A stretch of 63,650 nt of DNA, counting the filler, from Reticulomyxa filosa (taxonomy: Eukaryota; Protista; Foraminifera), in the NCBI GenBank assembly GCA_000512085.1. It is 22 parts of 22 records of this genome, joined end to end, with 100 filler letters (N's around TTAATTAATTAA, not from the genome) between each part and the next. Parts side by side here need not be neighbours in the genome. Positions count along the whole stretch, not along the records: positions 5,793 to 15,245 come from ASPP01004984.1; positions 15,346 to 22,097 come from ASPP01012843.1; positions 22,198 to 24,408 come from ASPP01010854.1; 19 more parts are not named here. The stretch is one strand, 5' to 3'. Both the position numbers and the translations under genes were made by a program. This document shows positions 12,397 to 24,350 of the stretch, piece after piece. The notes under the pieces were generated by a model that was not told the DNA's origin, ran no database searches, and saw nothing but the letters and a program-made list of their open reading frames with translations. How positions within the stretch are numbered: the stretch's first letter is position 1; the number at the start of each line of letters is the position of its first letter.

Positions 12397-15105
12397 ATGG
12401 GTATTTAACATTTTTATTGGTTTCTTCGTTCTTGGAGCTGAGCTTATATGAAAACATTGCTTTATGTTGAAACAAAAACAGGCGGGCTTCTGTACTGGTT
12501 TACGTTGCTAATAAGTATTGGCGCGTCATCATATGCACAAAGAACAAAAGTAGGCACACTATATACAAATTATTGGCGCGAAACTTACCATCTTTACAAA
12601 GTCGGGAACACGATTAACGTGAATTCATGGTACAACAATTCAGAACAAAGATTGGGACAAGCGGTGGTCTATAATCAGACAGATTCCAAGTTTTTGTTAT
12701 TTTGGTCGTACGTAAACACAAACTTAGAGTATACAAATTCTCGGCTGTATTCGTTATCGTTCCACTACGACACGCACACCAGGAGTATTAACCAAGACTC
12801 GCCTGACCTTGTCACGATTGCAGATAACACCGTAGGGATGCTGCAACCATTTAGTGTAAGCGTGCTGAAAACAAGCAACAGCAACGTGCGAGCTTTTGTT
12901 GTGGCATGGAACTCAGCGCACAGCAGTAAAAGGGATAACTATACGATCTATTGTCGCATTGTCAACGAAAACTATGGCTCTTCTCCCCCCGTCTTGGTTG
13001 CGAACGTCTCTGGATCGCCGTTGAGTGAACTTGTTGTTTCCTACGTCACCGACAACAATTTCGTGGTTTCGTGGGCCGAAGGCGGAAGTTCTGTTGTGTT
13101 TCCTATATTTTATCACAAAAAAAAGGGAGCGCATGCATATCAACAATATACTTTTCCTTTTTGGGAGGAGGGAGATATGACCGAACAAAAAAAAAAAAGA
13201 AATACGGAAGCAAGTGGTGAGATATCAAATCAATGGAACACAAAACAATTTCTACACGTTTACATTGGCGGATAAAAGCTCGTTGGATAACGTGAGTGAC
13301 TATGGGAGCACAGGAACTACAAACAATGCCTCCAACCCAAAGATCGTGGCGTCATCCTTGGGATACCTTTTTTTCTGGCAAAACGTGTATTGGTCAGCGA
13401 CATACTACTATCGATTAGGAGAATGGAATGGTCTTGATATTTCGTTTAACAACCCAGGGAATTCCTTTCTCTACACATCGCAAGGTGTGTCGACTACGTA
13501 CTGCGTAAGTCAAGAGTTGTACTCCAATGGCTACTTTGTGGCGCTGTCCTGGGACGGAAGCCAACTCCAATCGACGATGTACATGTACCCGATGAGTGCC
13601 TACTACAGCGGCAGCAGTACCTATCTCCGTTCCAATCGTTCGAGTCAAATTACGACGTATAGCGAAATGTACGGAAACGTAGACCAATGCGCAGTCGCAG
13701 GACGTCTGCATTCTGATATCTTTTTGACAGTCTGGACAGTCACCAGCAATTGGGATTCCAGCAGAAATGGAGTGTATGGTAGATTCTGTACCACCTACGG
13801 CTGGTGTGACTCAGGCGCATTTCGCATTGACAGCTCCACATCCTATTCGTACAACACCTGGAAGAAATTTCAAGATCCTCACGTGCTGGCATTCATAGAC
13901 AATGAGTTCATCGTCTCCTATTCCATCTACGACAGCGCCACTGGATCCACCAATGTGTATATTCAAGAGCTCGTTGTTGAGACAGATTATCAACAGGATT
14001 GGTGGGCTTCACATCCTGAGGCCAAATATGGCATTATCGCCGGCATGATCATCCTGGGCCTTCTTTGTTTGATCTCAGTCATATGTTGCTGCGTTCGCAA
14101 GAACAAAAAAAAGTCCTTTCAAACTGCCGTCCAAATTCAACATCAGATCACTGACGATAATAAAAAAAAGAATTCTGTCAATAAATTTGAAACTAAAAAT
14201 AACTTGTTTGCAGATATTGAATTGCATGAAGATCCCACACAAGTTTTTTTTTATAAATACCTTTTTTTTTTTTAATCGACGTTTTGTAATGAACATGCCC
14301 ACAACTTGTAACATAGACTGTGAATAATTCTGTCTTTACCTCAAGATCAACATCTCCTAGAGCCCCGGCATTGAAATCATATTCTCCTGAAAACGATGTA
14401 TCATTGTTTTGTTTGAGACAGGGAAAAAAAGGACAAACAAAATTAATATTGCCATTGTTGCTCTTTACTTTTTAAAATCAGTTTATGGATACCAGCACGC
14501 AGGGTCCTGGTATCACGTCTGGTATCATCACTGCTGGCGTCGTTAACACTGGAATTGCCACATCTGGAATTGTTATTCTTGCTTCTCCAGGTGCCAGTAG
14601 AACAAACATTACAAATGTACCAATGCAGACCGGGACTTCTGAAATGGGCACTCGAGATATGAATAATACTGATATGAATACTGATATGAATACTGCCGAT
14701 ATTAATACAATTGCCGTTCCAGAGATTGATAACGAGCTGATGATACTTGCAACGACGACCACTCCAGGGTCCCCAAGGTCAAATCAAAACAAAAACAGAG
14801 ATACTGCCACAAATGCCAACAGAAATTCAACACAGAACGGAACAGCGGTTAGAGATCATAGCCTAATGCAGTTCTTGGCACAAGCGAGCTTGGAACATTA
14901 TTATGTCAAATTGAATGAAAATAACTGGACTTTGTCTTTGATTTTAAACATTAGTAATGAACAAGACTTGAAAGATCTATGTGAGGAATGGGGCATGTCA
15001 ATACAAGAAAATGTAAAGTTTCGAGCTGCTTGGAATGCTGCAAAACAAAAAGAAAGCCACAACGAAGTCAATGAAGAAGGACTATTTTCTGCAGAAGGAC
15101 AATAA
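12397..15105 (+). CDS. Type I membrane protein: signal peptide, beta-rich repeat ectodomain, TM + CCC, low-complexity linker, C-terminal SAM domain; 5 exons
   Basis: ATG at 12397 and intron 12401-12481 give MGGLLYWFTLLISIGASSYA. Repeats FLLFWS/FVVAWN/FVVSWA/YLFFWQ/FLTVWT/FIVSYS. TM YGIIAGMIILGLLCLISVICCC-RKNKKK. SAM SLMQFLAQASLEHYYVKL..DLKDLCEEWGMSIQENVKF. Confidence 0.85.
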
Positions 15106-15428
15106 TTGCAATTTTTAAAAAATGTGAAATGATAACTTTCTATTTTTCTGGTAAGATAACAATTTTTTCCAGCCTGTGCTACACAAACGTTGAAATATGT
15201 AAATGTAAATATTCTATTAACAACTAACGTATATCTTTTTCAGCANNNNNNNNNNNNNNNNNNNNNNNNNNNNNNNNNNNNNNNNNNNNTTAATTAATTA
15301 ANNNNNNNNNNNNNNNNNNNNNNNNNNNNNNNNNNNNNNNNNNNNTTTTCTTATCTTTCCCTCCACGTCCCCCCTTTTTTTAATTAGATCAAGTAAATAA
15401 ATAATTTTTTTTTTTTTAAAAAAAAAAC

Positions 15429-15680
15429 TCTTCATGGGGACTATTCAATGCTCCATAGGTTTGTAAATAATAGTCGACTGCCGCAGCTGCTGACACGTTT
15501 TGTGTTGCAATTAATGCAAGCCTCAGCTTTTCAATGTCGAGCCCTAATCCCATTTCTATTATCTCATTCATAAGTTTTTCATCTGCCTATTTTTTTGTTG
15601 TGTTCGAGTTTTTACTTTGCACCCCTCTTTTTGACCCACAAAGGGGGAAAAAAAGGAAAAAAAAAAAAATTCATTACCAT
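15429..15680 (-). CDS. 5' fragment of a protein with an N-terminal UBA domain (not in the ORF track)
   Basis: Exon 15586..15429 reads ADEKLMNEIIEMGLGLDIEKLRLALIATQNVSAAAAVDYYL (UBA pattern EMG..ALxAT..AVDY). It splices in phase to ATG at 15680 and may extend to ~15903; truncated by a linker. Confidence 0.75.
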
Positions 15681-16288
15681 TCTTTCCTCTTGCACTCTTC
15701 GACACCTTAAAATTTCAAAAGGATTGATGAAAATATAAACAAATAAAAAATATCACGGATTTTTTTTATTGTTGGCTGGTTGTTTTGGCTCTAAATAGAC
15801 AAACAAAAAAGAAAAATTCACTGTAAAAACCTTACCTACAACAAAAAAAATTGCTCTTTTCATTCGTCCACTTATCCCGCCCTTGCTTTCCTCGTTTTAG
15901 CATTTATTTTAACTTTTATTTTCGTGTAGTGCTCAAATCTATGCATTTTCGATTTCGGAAACTTGTGACGTGAAAAAATGTCGATCGAGCGTTGGAAAGG
16001 TAAAAACTTTTAAAATCAAAGCCAAAAATTTTGACAAAAGATTACTAATTCTCAAATTGGCTCGTCATTTACTCTTTTGCAATAAATTTTGTAATTGTTT
16101 GTCAAAATTTTTAGGATTGATCGTTTAAGTAAATCAATTTAAAAAATTCATTCAATATTTTGATTTTATTTTTATGTAAATCACGGGCTATGTTAAAAAA
16201 TTTAAACTATTTTCTGTAGAACTAACAAAAACGAGTTTCTTGTCCAAGCTCACCAAAAAAAAAAAGGAGTTTTTTGATCTAATAAAGG

Positions 16289-17264
16289 ATGTATTCTTCT
16301 TTAAATAAAGGTGAAGATTTCCATGCGTTGAAGCTAGTTGCTCGTTGGTCCTATTTTATATTTTCATTTTTGTCCGTTTTGGGGGCCTTTGTGCACTTGA
16401 ACATTCAGTTTGAAGTAGCCAGTTGTGAAGGAAGTGGGGGAGATGGATACAAATGTGTAGGAAGGAATTTGGCATGGTTAACCCGCAAGCAGCTCAGTTA
16501 GTTTTTTTTTAAAAAAAACAGAAAAGAGAGATAGCGTACGTAATTTTGATGAATGATCAAAACTAATTTTTAAAAAAAAAAAGAAACCGACGTGAATGCC
16601 GAATATTGGCGTTCAGTGTTTTCCTTGGAACCGGACATATTTGTGAACGTGTGGACCCCGTTTGCATTTGCATTTTTGGCATTTTGTCAAAACTTTGCAG
16701 GATTCAAGTGGGATGTCATCACCGGTACTTGGATGCGATGCCTGTTTTTCATTTTGTTTTGGCAATTGTTCGGCGTTATTGGATACTCAGCCAATTGGGG
16801 GAGTTGAGTTTGAGTGTTTTTTTTTTTTTTTTTAAATTCAAAACCCCCCCCCTTTTAAAAAAAAATTTGAAATTAAAAATCCTTTAAAAAAAAAAAATCA
16901 GGTGTTTGTTGGCCTGTGGGGCATATTGTGGATGGGTTTATTGTATTTATTGTTGGCATTACTGAAACTGTGGAAAGGTGAAGAAGTAGAAGAACCAGTG
17001 TTGCAATTGGACATAGCAACCTTTTTGTTCATGCGATTTGGCATTGGCAAACTGCCGTCGTCACAGCCACGCAAATCCCAAGCCGACAGCTTTGTCGGGA
17101 CGAGCGAGCCCTTACGTCAGAGCTACAATCCACAAGAACAGCCAAATCGTACCTATCAGGACGTTGCCTATCAGCATATTGACTCGGTCGATGCACACTC
17201 TCCACAACATAAACGTAGTCCTAGTGACGATCAACAAGCATTTACTACTCCAGATGAGGAATAA
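16289..17264 (+). CDS. Hypothetical multi-pass (about 4 TM) membrane protein, 3 exons
   Basis: Hydrophobic helices; WRSVFSLEPDIFVNVWTP and FGVIGYSANWGVFVG motifs; introns 16497-16583 and 16803-16901. The second join needs one G fewer in the G5 run at 16797-16801. Confidence 0.75.
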
Positions 17265-18099
17265 TAATTATTTTGTTTTTTTTCAAATGAATCTTGTGTT
17301 ATGTATTAGATTGCTTCTTTATTTTTTGTTGCATTGTAATGGTGCTGCCATCATAGTAATACAAAAAATGAAACGTCTTGATCTTTTTCAATATTTTTTA
17401 CTGATATTCACTTTTAATGCAAGTGAAAAAGCTTCTTTTGAAGGAAAGGATCAAGACAAGCGTCAGTTAGCTTGTTTGATTTTTTTTTTTTTTAAGTGCT
17501 ATCAAGATCAAATGATACCTAAGAAAAGATATCGAACCTAACTAAGACAAAAATATTTTTGTATGCATAAATTACATCCTACGTTCAAATCTACTGTTTT
17601 GCTCTTATAACCAAAGACACAAGAAAAAAACTTTTTTCACTGTGTGAAAGTTTTTGGAACAATTACTCCCGGCATCACAAGAAATCCAAAAAAAAATGAT
17701 GCAGAAGAAAGAAAAGAAATATATGAAAGATAACAAAACCAATAAAAACTAGTGAAAAACCCCTTTTGTTTGAGCCAAAAAAAGTGAGCGAAAGATTAGA
17801 AAGCAAAAAAACTAAAAAACAAAAGCAAAAAAAAAAGAAAAAATTTTTTAAAAAGTATAAATTTGAAAAACAAAAAATATAAAGTTTGGAGCACCTGGAA
17901 GTTGGAGTTTGCATGCCCCAATGAAACCCTGCTACACATTGAAAGACTTTTGTTCATGTGCAAAACAAAAACTTTTAACATACCAATTTGTTTAACACCA
18001 TTGGTCCAAAAAAGGAAAAAAAAAAATAAAACAAAACAATAATGTTTTTTTTCATCCTGTTCTTCCCTCTCTCCCTTTTCTATTTGTTCTCCAAATATT

Positions 18100-19640
18100 A
18101 AAAAAAGGTCCCCTGAACATATTCAAGTGCAACGTTTGCAACGAAAGGCGATCCGCCTGCCCTTTAATTTTCTTCCATTCCGAGGCGAGTGATGACCATG
18201 TTTTAAACTAAAAAAAAAAAAAAAAAATTTTTAATAACGCAACAAAAAAAAAAGAAAAAAAGAGAATAAAAAAACAAGTTCACAAAAATACAATACATAC
18301 CAAGCATAGGATAGTTAACAAAAAAAAAGCAACAACAACAAGAAAAAATAGAATTAAGGCAAAGGAATTTACTAGTGTTCACTCATATGGACTTGGCAAA
18401 ATAAAACCAGGCGTTGTATTACGTTGCAAGATCCTTTTATTCAACTGGCTCAGCATTCGCCGATTCGACTCTTTATGAAGTTTTTGGCTGATATCGTCGT
18501 CCTTGTTTTCCGTGTTGCAATCTTTTGCATCATTGTCGTCCTCATAGCTATCTACATAATTTAGATAATTATCAAAAGTGTCAGCATCATCAAAATTATT
18601 ATCATTATCATTTTCATAATTATTATCATTTTCATAATTATTATCATTGTCATTATCATAATCATCATTTTCCATTTCCTTTTCATTTGCATTTGCATCT
18701 CCTGCTTTGTTTTCATTGTCTTTTTTATTCTCAGTTTCGTCAGAATAAGTTTTTACAATTTTCATACTGTCATACGCCAATTGACGCATACCATCATCGG
18801 TTGTCATTACACTCATGATCATGTCCTCTGGTTTGTCTTCGTCAGCAAATCCATTCGCAGAGCACGTTTTCGACGGTTGTGATATCACTTGTCGCGACAA
18901 CGCGTGAAATCCATCGTCAGTTGTCATTATTTTTTCCGTTGTTGATGCTTTGTTCCAATCTTCCAGTAAATCATCCAAAAGAACTTCCGAAAAGGAATTT
19001 TCTGACGATTTTGTTGTATGTTGTTTTTTTTTTAAAAAAAAAAAAGGGGGGGGGGGAACGTATAATTTTTTAAAAATAATTATAAGTAAAAAAAAAAACA
19101 CACCTGATGAAAGATTTGGCATTGAATTGGATTCGGCAACACTAGACTCGTGTTCACTTTGCTCCTTTGAAACAAAAGACAAAAAAGACCACGACTTGTC
19201 GCCATCTCCTCTCAAATCCTTTTCCGTCACCTCCTTTTCGTTTAATCGGCTTTGGCTATTTTCCATATGCGATTTTATGTAGGATTGCGACGATTCCAAC
19301 ACCCGATGAAATGAAAGATCTTTCAAAATGTCCCACGCAAACTTTGACACCGAGTGTGTCAGCGACTTTTTCTTTTTGCGTTTACTTGTCGTCTCCTCTT
19401 TTTCTGTCTTTTGTTCTGCGCGGTCGTCATCCGACACTTGAAAACATTGCCAAAACATTCAGGCAAAATAGTGACACGAGACAGTATCGCACCGCACTTT
19501 TAAAAAAATGTAGTCTGTGATATATTAAACGTTTCTTGATTGTCCTTTTTTATCTCTAGTCAAGTTATTCTTCTGGTCATCATATAGAGTTTTTCAAAGA
19601 TGGACTGATTTTAAGGAGAACTTGTGGCTCTTCTTAGTCA
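18100..19640 (-). CDS. Hypothetical acidic/low-complexity protein, multi-exon (boundaries uncertain)
   Basis: ORF 18379..19458 with D/N-rich repeats and a duplicated MTTDDG motif; it reads through a poly-T/poly-A intron. Confidence 0.5.
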
Positions 19641-19967
19641 ATAAGGACTGCATGATCATCTCGCGCTTTTCCTATCATTTCCCCCCTGCTTGTGTTTTCA
19701 TGAAAGGTCCAGGAAGTTGATGAACAAGTGTCAAAAGAAATATTATAGTGTATCTTAGAAATGAATAAAAATAACGGATACATGGAAAAAAAAAAAGTTT
19801 CAAAATAATTTTTTTTTTTGTGTGTTAACAAAGTTGTGAATAGTACTTTTGAGTTTTTCAAGTTTTTTTTGTGATGATAATTTGTTTTAATTTACTTGAT
19901 TTTATTTTTATTTGTTTAAGTTGAAACAATTTGTTTTGTTTTTTGTTTAATACATTTTCAATCGCTC

Positions 19968-22020
19968 TCATTTTGAAAATGAGCTATTTAAGTTGTACTC
20001 ACAATCAACGTCACTGTCAGCATCACTGTCAGGACGATCGTCATTATCATTATCATCATTACCATTATCATCGTGAGTACTATCGCTGATGCGATTGTCG
20101 TTTGTATACTTATTTGCATATAATTTGTGGAGTACTTGATAAATGTGGTCAAAAGAAGGACGACTTATGGGATATTGAGACCAGCAAGAATCCAGCAGTT
20201 TTTTCAATTCGATTTTGTCGACAACGTCATCCCATTCCTCCCAAATGGAGTCAGGAATCCCGAGTCTCTCCTGCTTGAAAATCATGGAAATCATATGTCT
20301 GGCTTCAAAGTTTTGATAGGGTATCTTGCACGTGATCACACACCACATGCACATTCCAAACGAAAACACGTCCGTTTTGAAGTCGCTCAAAACTTTCGGA
20401 TCAAGTTGGTCGGCTGGTAGTCTTTCTTTGGTCCGAATCTATCATTTTTTTTATTTTTTTTTGGAGTCACTCTTTTTTTCCAAAAAAAAAAATATATATA
20501 TATGTATGTTCAACTAGTTTAATCAAAATCTCTGGAGCCAAGAACGCAGGCGTGCCGACATAAATCGTCCTGGCAATTTCGTGAATATCAGCGTTGGAGA
20601 GTTTCACTTCCTCACCGTCGTGGGCGACGGTGATCGCACATCCGACGCGTCATTTTCGGAGATGGCGGCTAAGGCTTGCTTTTCTTCTTTTTCGTCATTT
20701 TCTTCCTGGTGTTTTTGGTACGGACTTGGTCGTAGGATTTTCTCCGGATTTGTGTGGTCTATTGAAGCATTTGCCGTCGCTGCATGCTCTTTCTTGCGTT
20801 GAAGTCTTCGCCGTTCCCACTCCGGATCTTTGATAATCATGACAAATAAACATACATCAACAAACATGCATATATACGTATACATATATGTATATATACG
20901 TATACATATATGTATATATATATATATATATATATAATAACCTCTGTCATGCTTTTGTAGCAAATGTTCGAGTGGGTCATTTTCACGTGCAACGCTACTG
21001 GAGTGACTACTGATACTCCAGCGACTCTTTGCAGGACTCTTGTGATGGGCCGAGGGCAGAGGCGTGAGTTCGCAGTTGGAGTGATCAGAGTAAAGTGGAG
21101 TCAGTACCTGCGAATTGGACTCGGACTTATGTTCATCGACGTGCAAGAGAGCCTTTTGCACTTTGCGAGTGACTCCAAAGTCGCAGATTTTGGCTACAAA
21201 GCGAGGCGTTGGAGCGTGCACTCGCGGCAAGTCAAAGTTGACGACGACGTTGGCGGTTTTTAAATCGCGGTGGACGAAGCTATGTTGATGAAGGAAGTGC
21301 ATGCCATTGGCGATGTCGAGCAAGAACAGCAGACGTTGTTCGATCGACTGCAGCTGCGGGATATGATCGTGATGGATGCCCTCTGCCAACACCTGTTGCA
21401 AGTTCCCATATACGCAGTACTCGTACACCAAATAAAAGGACTGATATGTCAACGACGCCCCAATGAATTTGACAATGTTCGGATGTGATAAGGAGCTGCT
21501 CAAAATCGACTCCCGAAATAACAGAGTCAGGTCGGTCCAGTTCATTTCCGATCGATTGTCCATCCGAAGCAAACACTTCACCGCCACGTCCTGCTTCCCG
21601 TATCGTCCACGATACACCTTGCTTGTCGCTCCTTTTCCTATCGTGTTGTCCTGCGCTTTCGCTGGCTCTATTTCTGCATAGTCTTCCATTCCGTCGTCGG
21701 ATGGATCATTGCTCACCAAAGTGGAGTGACTTCATTCATATTTATATATGTGTATATGTATATACATGATTTCAAACAATAACAATAACAATAACACACA
21801 ACACAAAACCGGTTCTTTTTGAAAGCGGAGCTCTTGCGATTCTTTTCGTACTGCAAATGCGGCCACACATCTTTTGGCTTGTTCTTTGGGTCATCCGAGT
21901 TCAAATTGTATATCTTTATTTTCGAATATGGGATCACTTGCACATATCCCGATACTATCTGTTTTAACTTTCGAAAGCGTGTCTCTTTGTCATTTGACTC
22001 TTCTGCTTGCACAAATGTTC
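19968..22020 (-). CDS. Tyrosine-kinase-like (TKL) protein kinase, 5'-truncated, multi-exon
   Basis: IGKGATSKVY, VAVK, HPNIVKFIG, HRDLKTAN, ICDFG, YVGTPAFLAPE (~20535-20567), KTDVFSFGMCMW, CWSQYPISRPSF. Confidence 0.93.
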
Positions 22021-22051
22021 CAATAGTTACATATATGCATACAATACAATA

Positions 22052-22097
<46 letters not shown>

Positions 22098-22519
22098 NNN
22101 NNNNNNNNNNNNNNNNNNNNNNNNNNNNNNNNNNNNNNNNNTTAATTAATTAANNNNNNNNNNNNNNNNNNNNNNNNNNNNNNNNNNNNNNNNNNNNCAA
22201 AAAAAAAAATGTATGTGCAATGACAACATTTGGTGGGTGATTGATGGTGGGGGGGGGGGGGTTTGGAATTTTGACTTTGGATTTGATCATTAGCACATAT
22301 CTACAGTTGAGTTGGAGAAATGGCAAAAGTGCAATCTCTTGCATTAAAAAAATTGCACGTATGTGTAGAAAATACAATGTACGTGCAATCAAACAATAAT
22401 AATAATAATAATAATGTGACATTGACATAACAATAAAATAAACTAAAACAAAACAAAACAAAAAAAAAAAAAGGAGGTTTTTTTAATGTGCCATTCACTG
22501 GTGTTGTCAATTGCAAACC

Positions 22520-24350
22520 GTGCGATAGCAAACACGGATGGCAAAGACGGCAGACGGAGAATGCTGGAAAAACGGTCGTCATCGCAAATGATAAGAGAGG
22601 AGGACCCAAAGACAGAGATGACGGCGTCACACAAGCCGGAGGAAGAAAACAAGGTCGCACAGCGCATTAAAAGGCTGTTCGGAAAGCCTGGACTTGCTTC
22701 TCGAGACGATAGCAAGAGCCATGTCAATGTTGTGGCCAATGGACGCAATGGCAACAAGGATGATAACGCAGATCATGAAATCAAAGAGGAGGACGTTAAA
22801 AGACCTGTGAAATTGAACACACCTCACACCGTGTCCATCACCCAAATCAAAGATCACAACAAACCTGGAAAGTTTGGATGGTGCATCGTCTGTGGATTGC
22901 CAGCCAGTAACTTTTGTATTCAGGTTCATTTCTACTTAAAAAATATACATATATGTACACATATATAGACATTCATATAATTTTTTTTTTTTTTTGATAC
23001 TCTAATGAGTACCATGCTTACAATCAAATTTACTACCTCCTCAAAAAAAAAAAAAAAAAAGACAAGAGATTCCGTGTGCTCGTTAGAATGCAAAGTAAAA
23101 AATTTGGAGTGTGCACTGGAATGGCTACGGAACCACTTTACGAAAAACGCGACAATCGAAAGGTTAAACACGGCATACAAGGCAGCGTTGCTAACGAACG
23201 ATGGGCATTTACTGTTTCGCGCATTGTGCCAAGAGTCACTGAAAACATTGCCCGCGGACTCGCATCATAAAACTGTGACTTGGTTTGACTGGAAAATTCC
23301 AAGGCTTTTTGATCCCCAGTCTCACATGAAAGTTTTGGATAAATAAGTGAATACACACACACACATACATACCAAAAAAAAAAAACAAACACACACATAT
23401 CAATACTAGCTTATTTTTGCGTGGTGTGTAATGTTATATGTATACATGACATACTATTGAATATGCAATGCAAATGATAATGATGACGACAATGCTGATG
23501 ATAACGGTGCAATGTGATGTGATGTGATTTGAGACAAATGGTACAGCCCGAAGCATTGAAAAGCAAAATATTGTCACTTGAGTTGCTGCGTTTGGTCTTT
23601 GCCAATGCAGGACACGCATTTCGTTCCTCAGGGCGTTTTTTGGACGCCGTGCGTGAAAACTTTGTGCCTGTTGTCGCTGAAAATGCCGTGTCTACGGTGG
23701 AGGGTATTTTCCAGTGAAGTACTTAAAAAAAAAATAAAAATAAAAAATAAATAAATAAACAAAAAACAAAAATATATGTATGTTTTTTTCTTTTTTTCTT
23801 TTTTGTGCAAAACAAGTAAGTCTCAGTTATACATATATACTTAACATATGAATAGATTGGCAGTGTCAATGTTTTCAATGCTGGTAGAACAATTTCGCAA
23901 ATATTTAAAAAACGAAATCGGATTGTTATTGGATCAAGTGTTCCTTCAGATTGCAGAGAGTCCACACGCATCGTACAAACAAAAACTGATGGCGTTGTCG
24001 GTGTGCAGCAAGATTTGTCGCGACTCCCAAATGTTGGTTGGCATTTTTTTGAACTTTGATTGTGGCGACAAACAACTCAATATTTTTCAGCGAATCGTTA
24101 ATTTGTTGGAAAATTTTTGTTGTGTCAAGTTACTTCTTACTATGGTCCCCTTTTTTTTTTTTTTTTTGACTAATGAAATGAATGCGTTTGCATAAAAAAA
24201 AACAATAACAACATAAAAGATTAAGCGAACAGCAATGGTTGCATCAGCCGGAAAATATTCGTTTGCGTAGATCTGCCATTGAAATCATGGTCGCCATTAT
24301 TCGTTCGATGTTGGAATGGGTGATCAAAGCCAAAAAAAAAGTCAAATTGT
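22520..24350 (+). CDS. BIG/Sec7-type Arf guanine-nucleotide exchange factor, internal fragment (region before and including the HUS box)
   Basis: DGHLLFRALC, SKILSLELLRLVFANAG, FRKYLKNEIG, and the HUS box LVGIFLNFDC..NIFQRIVNLL; cut by linkers on both sides. Confidence 0.9.
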
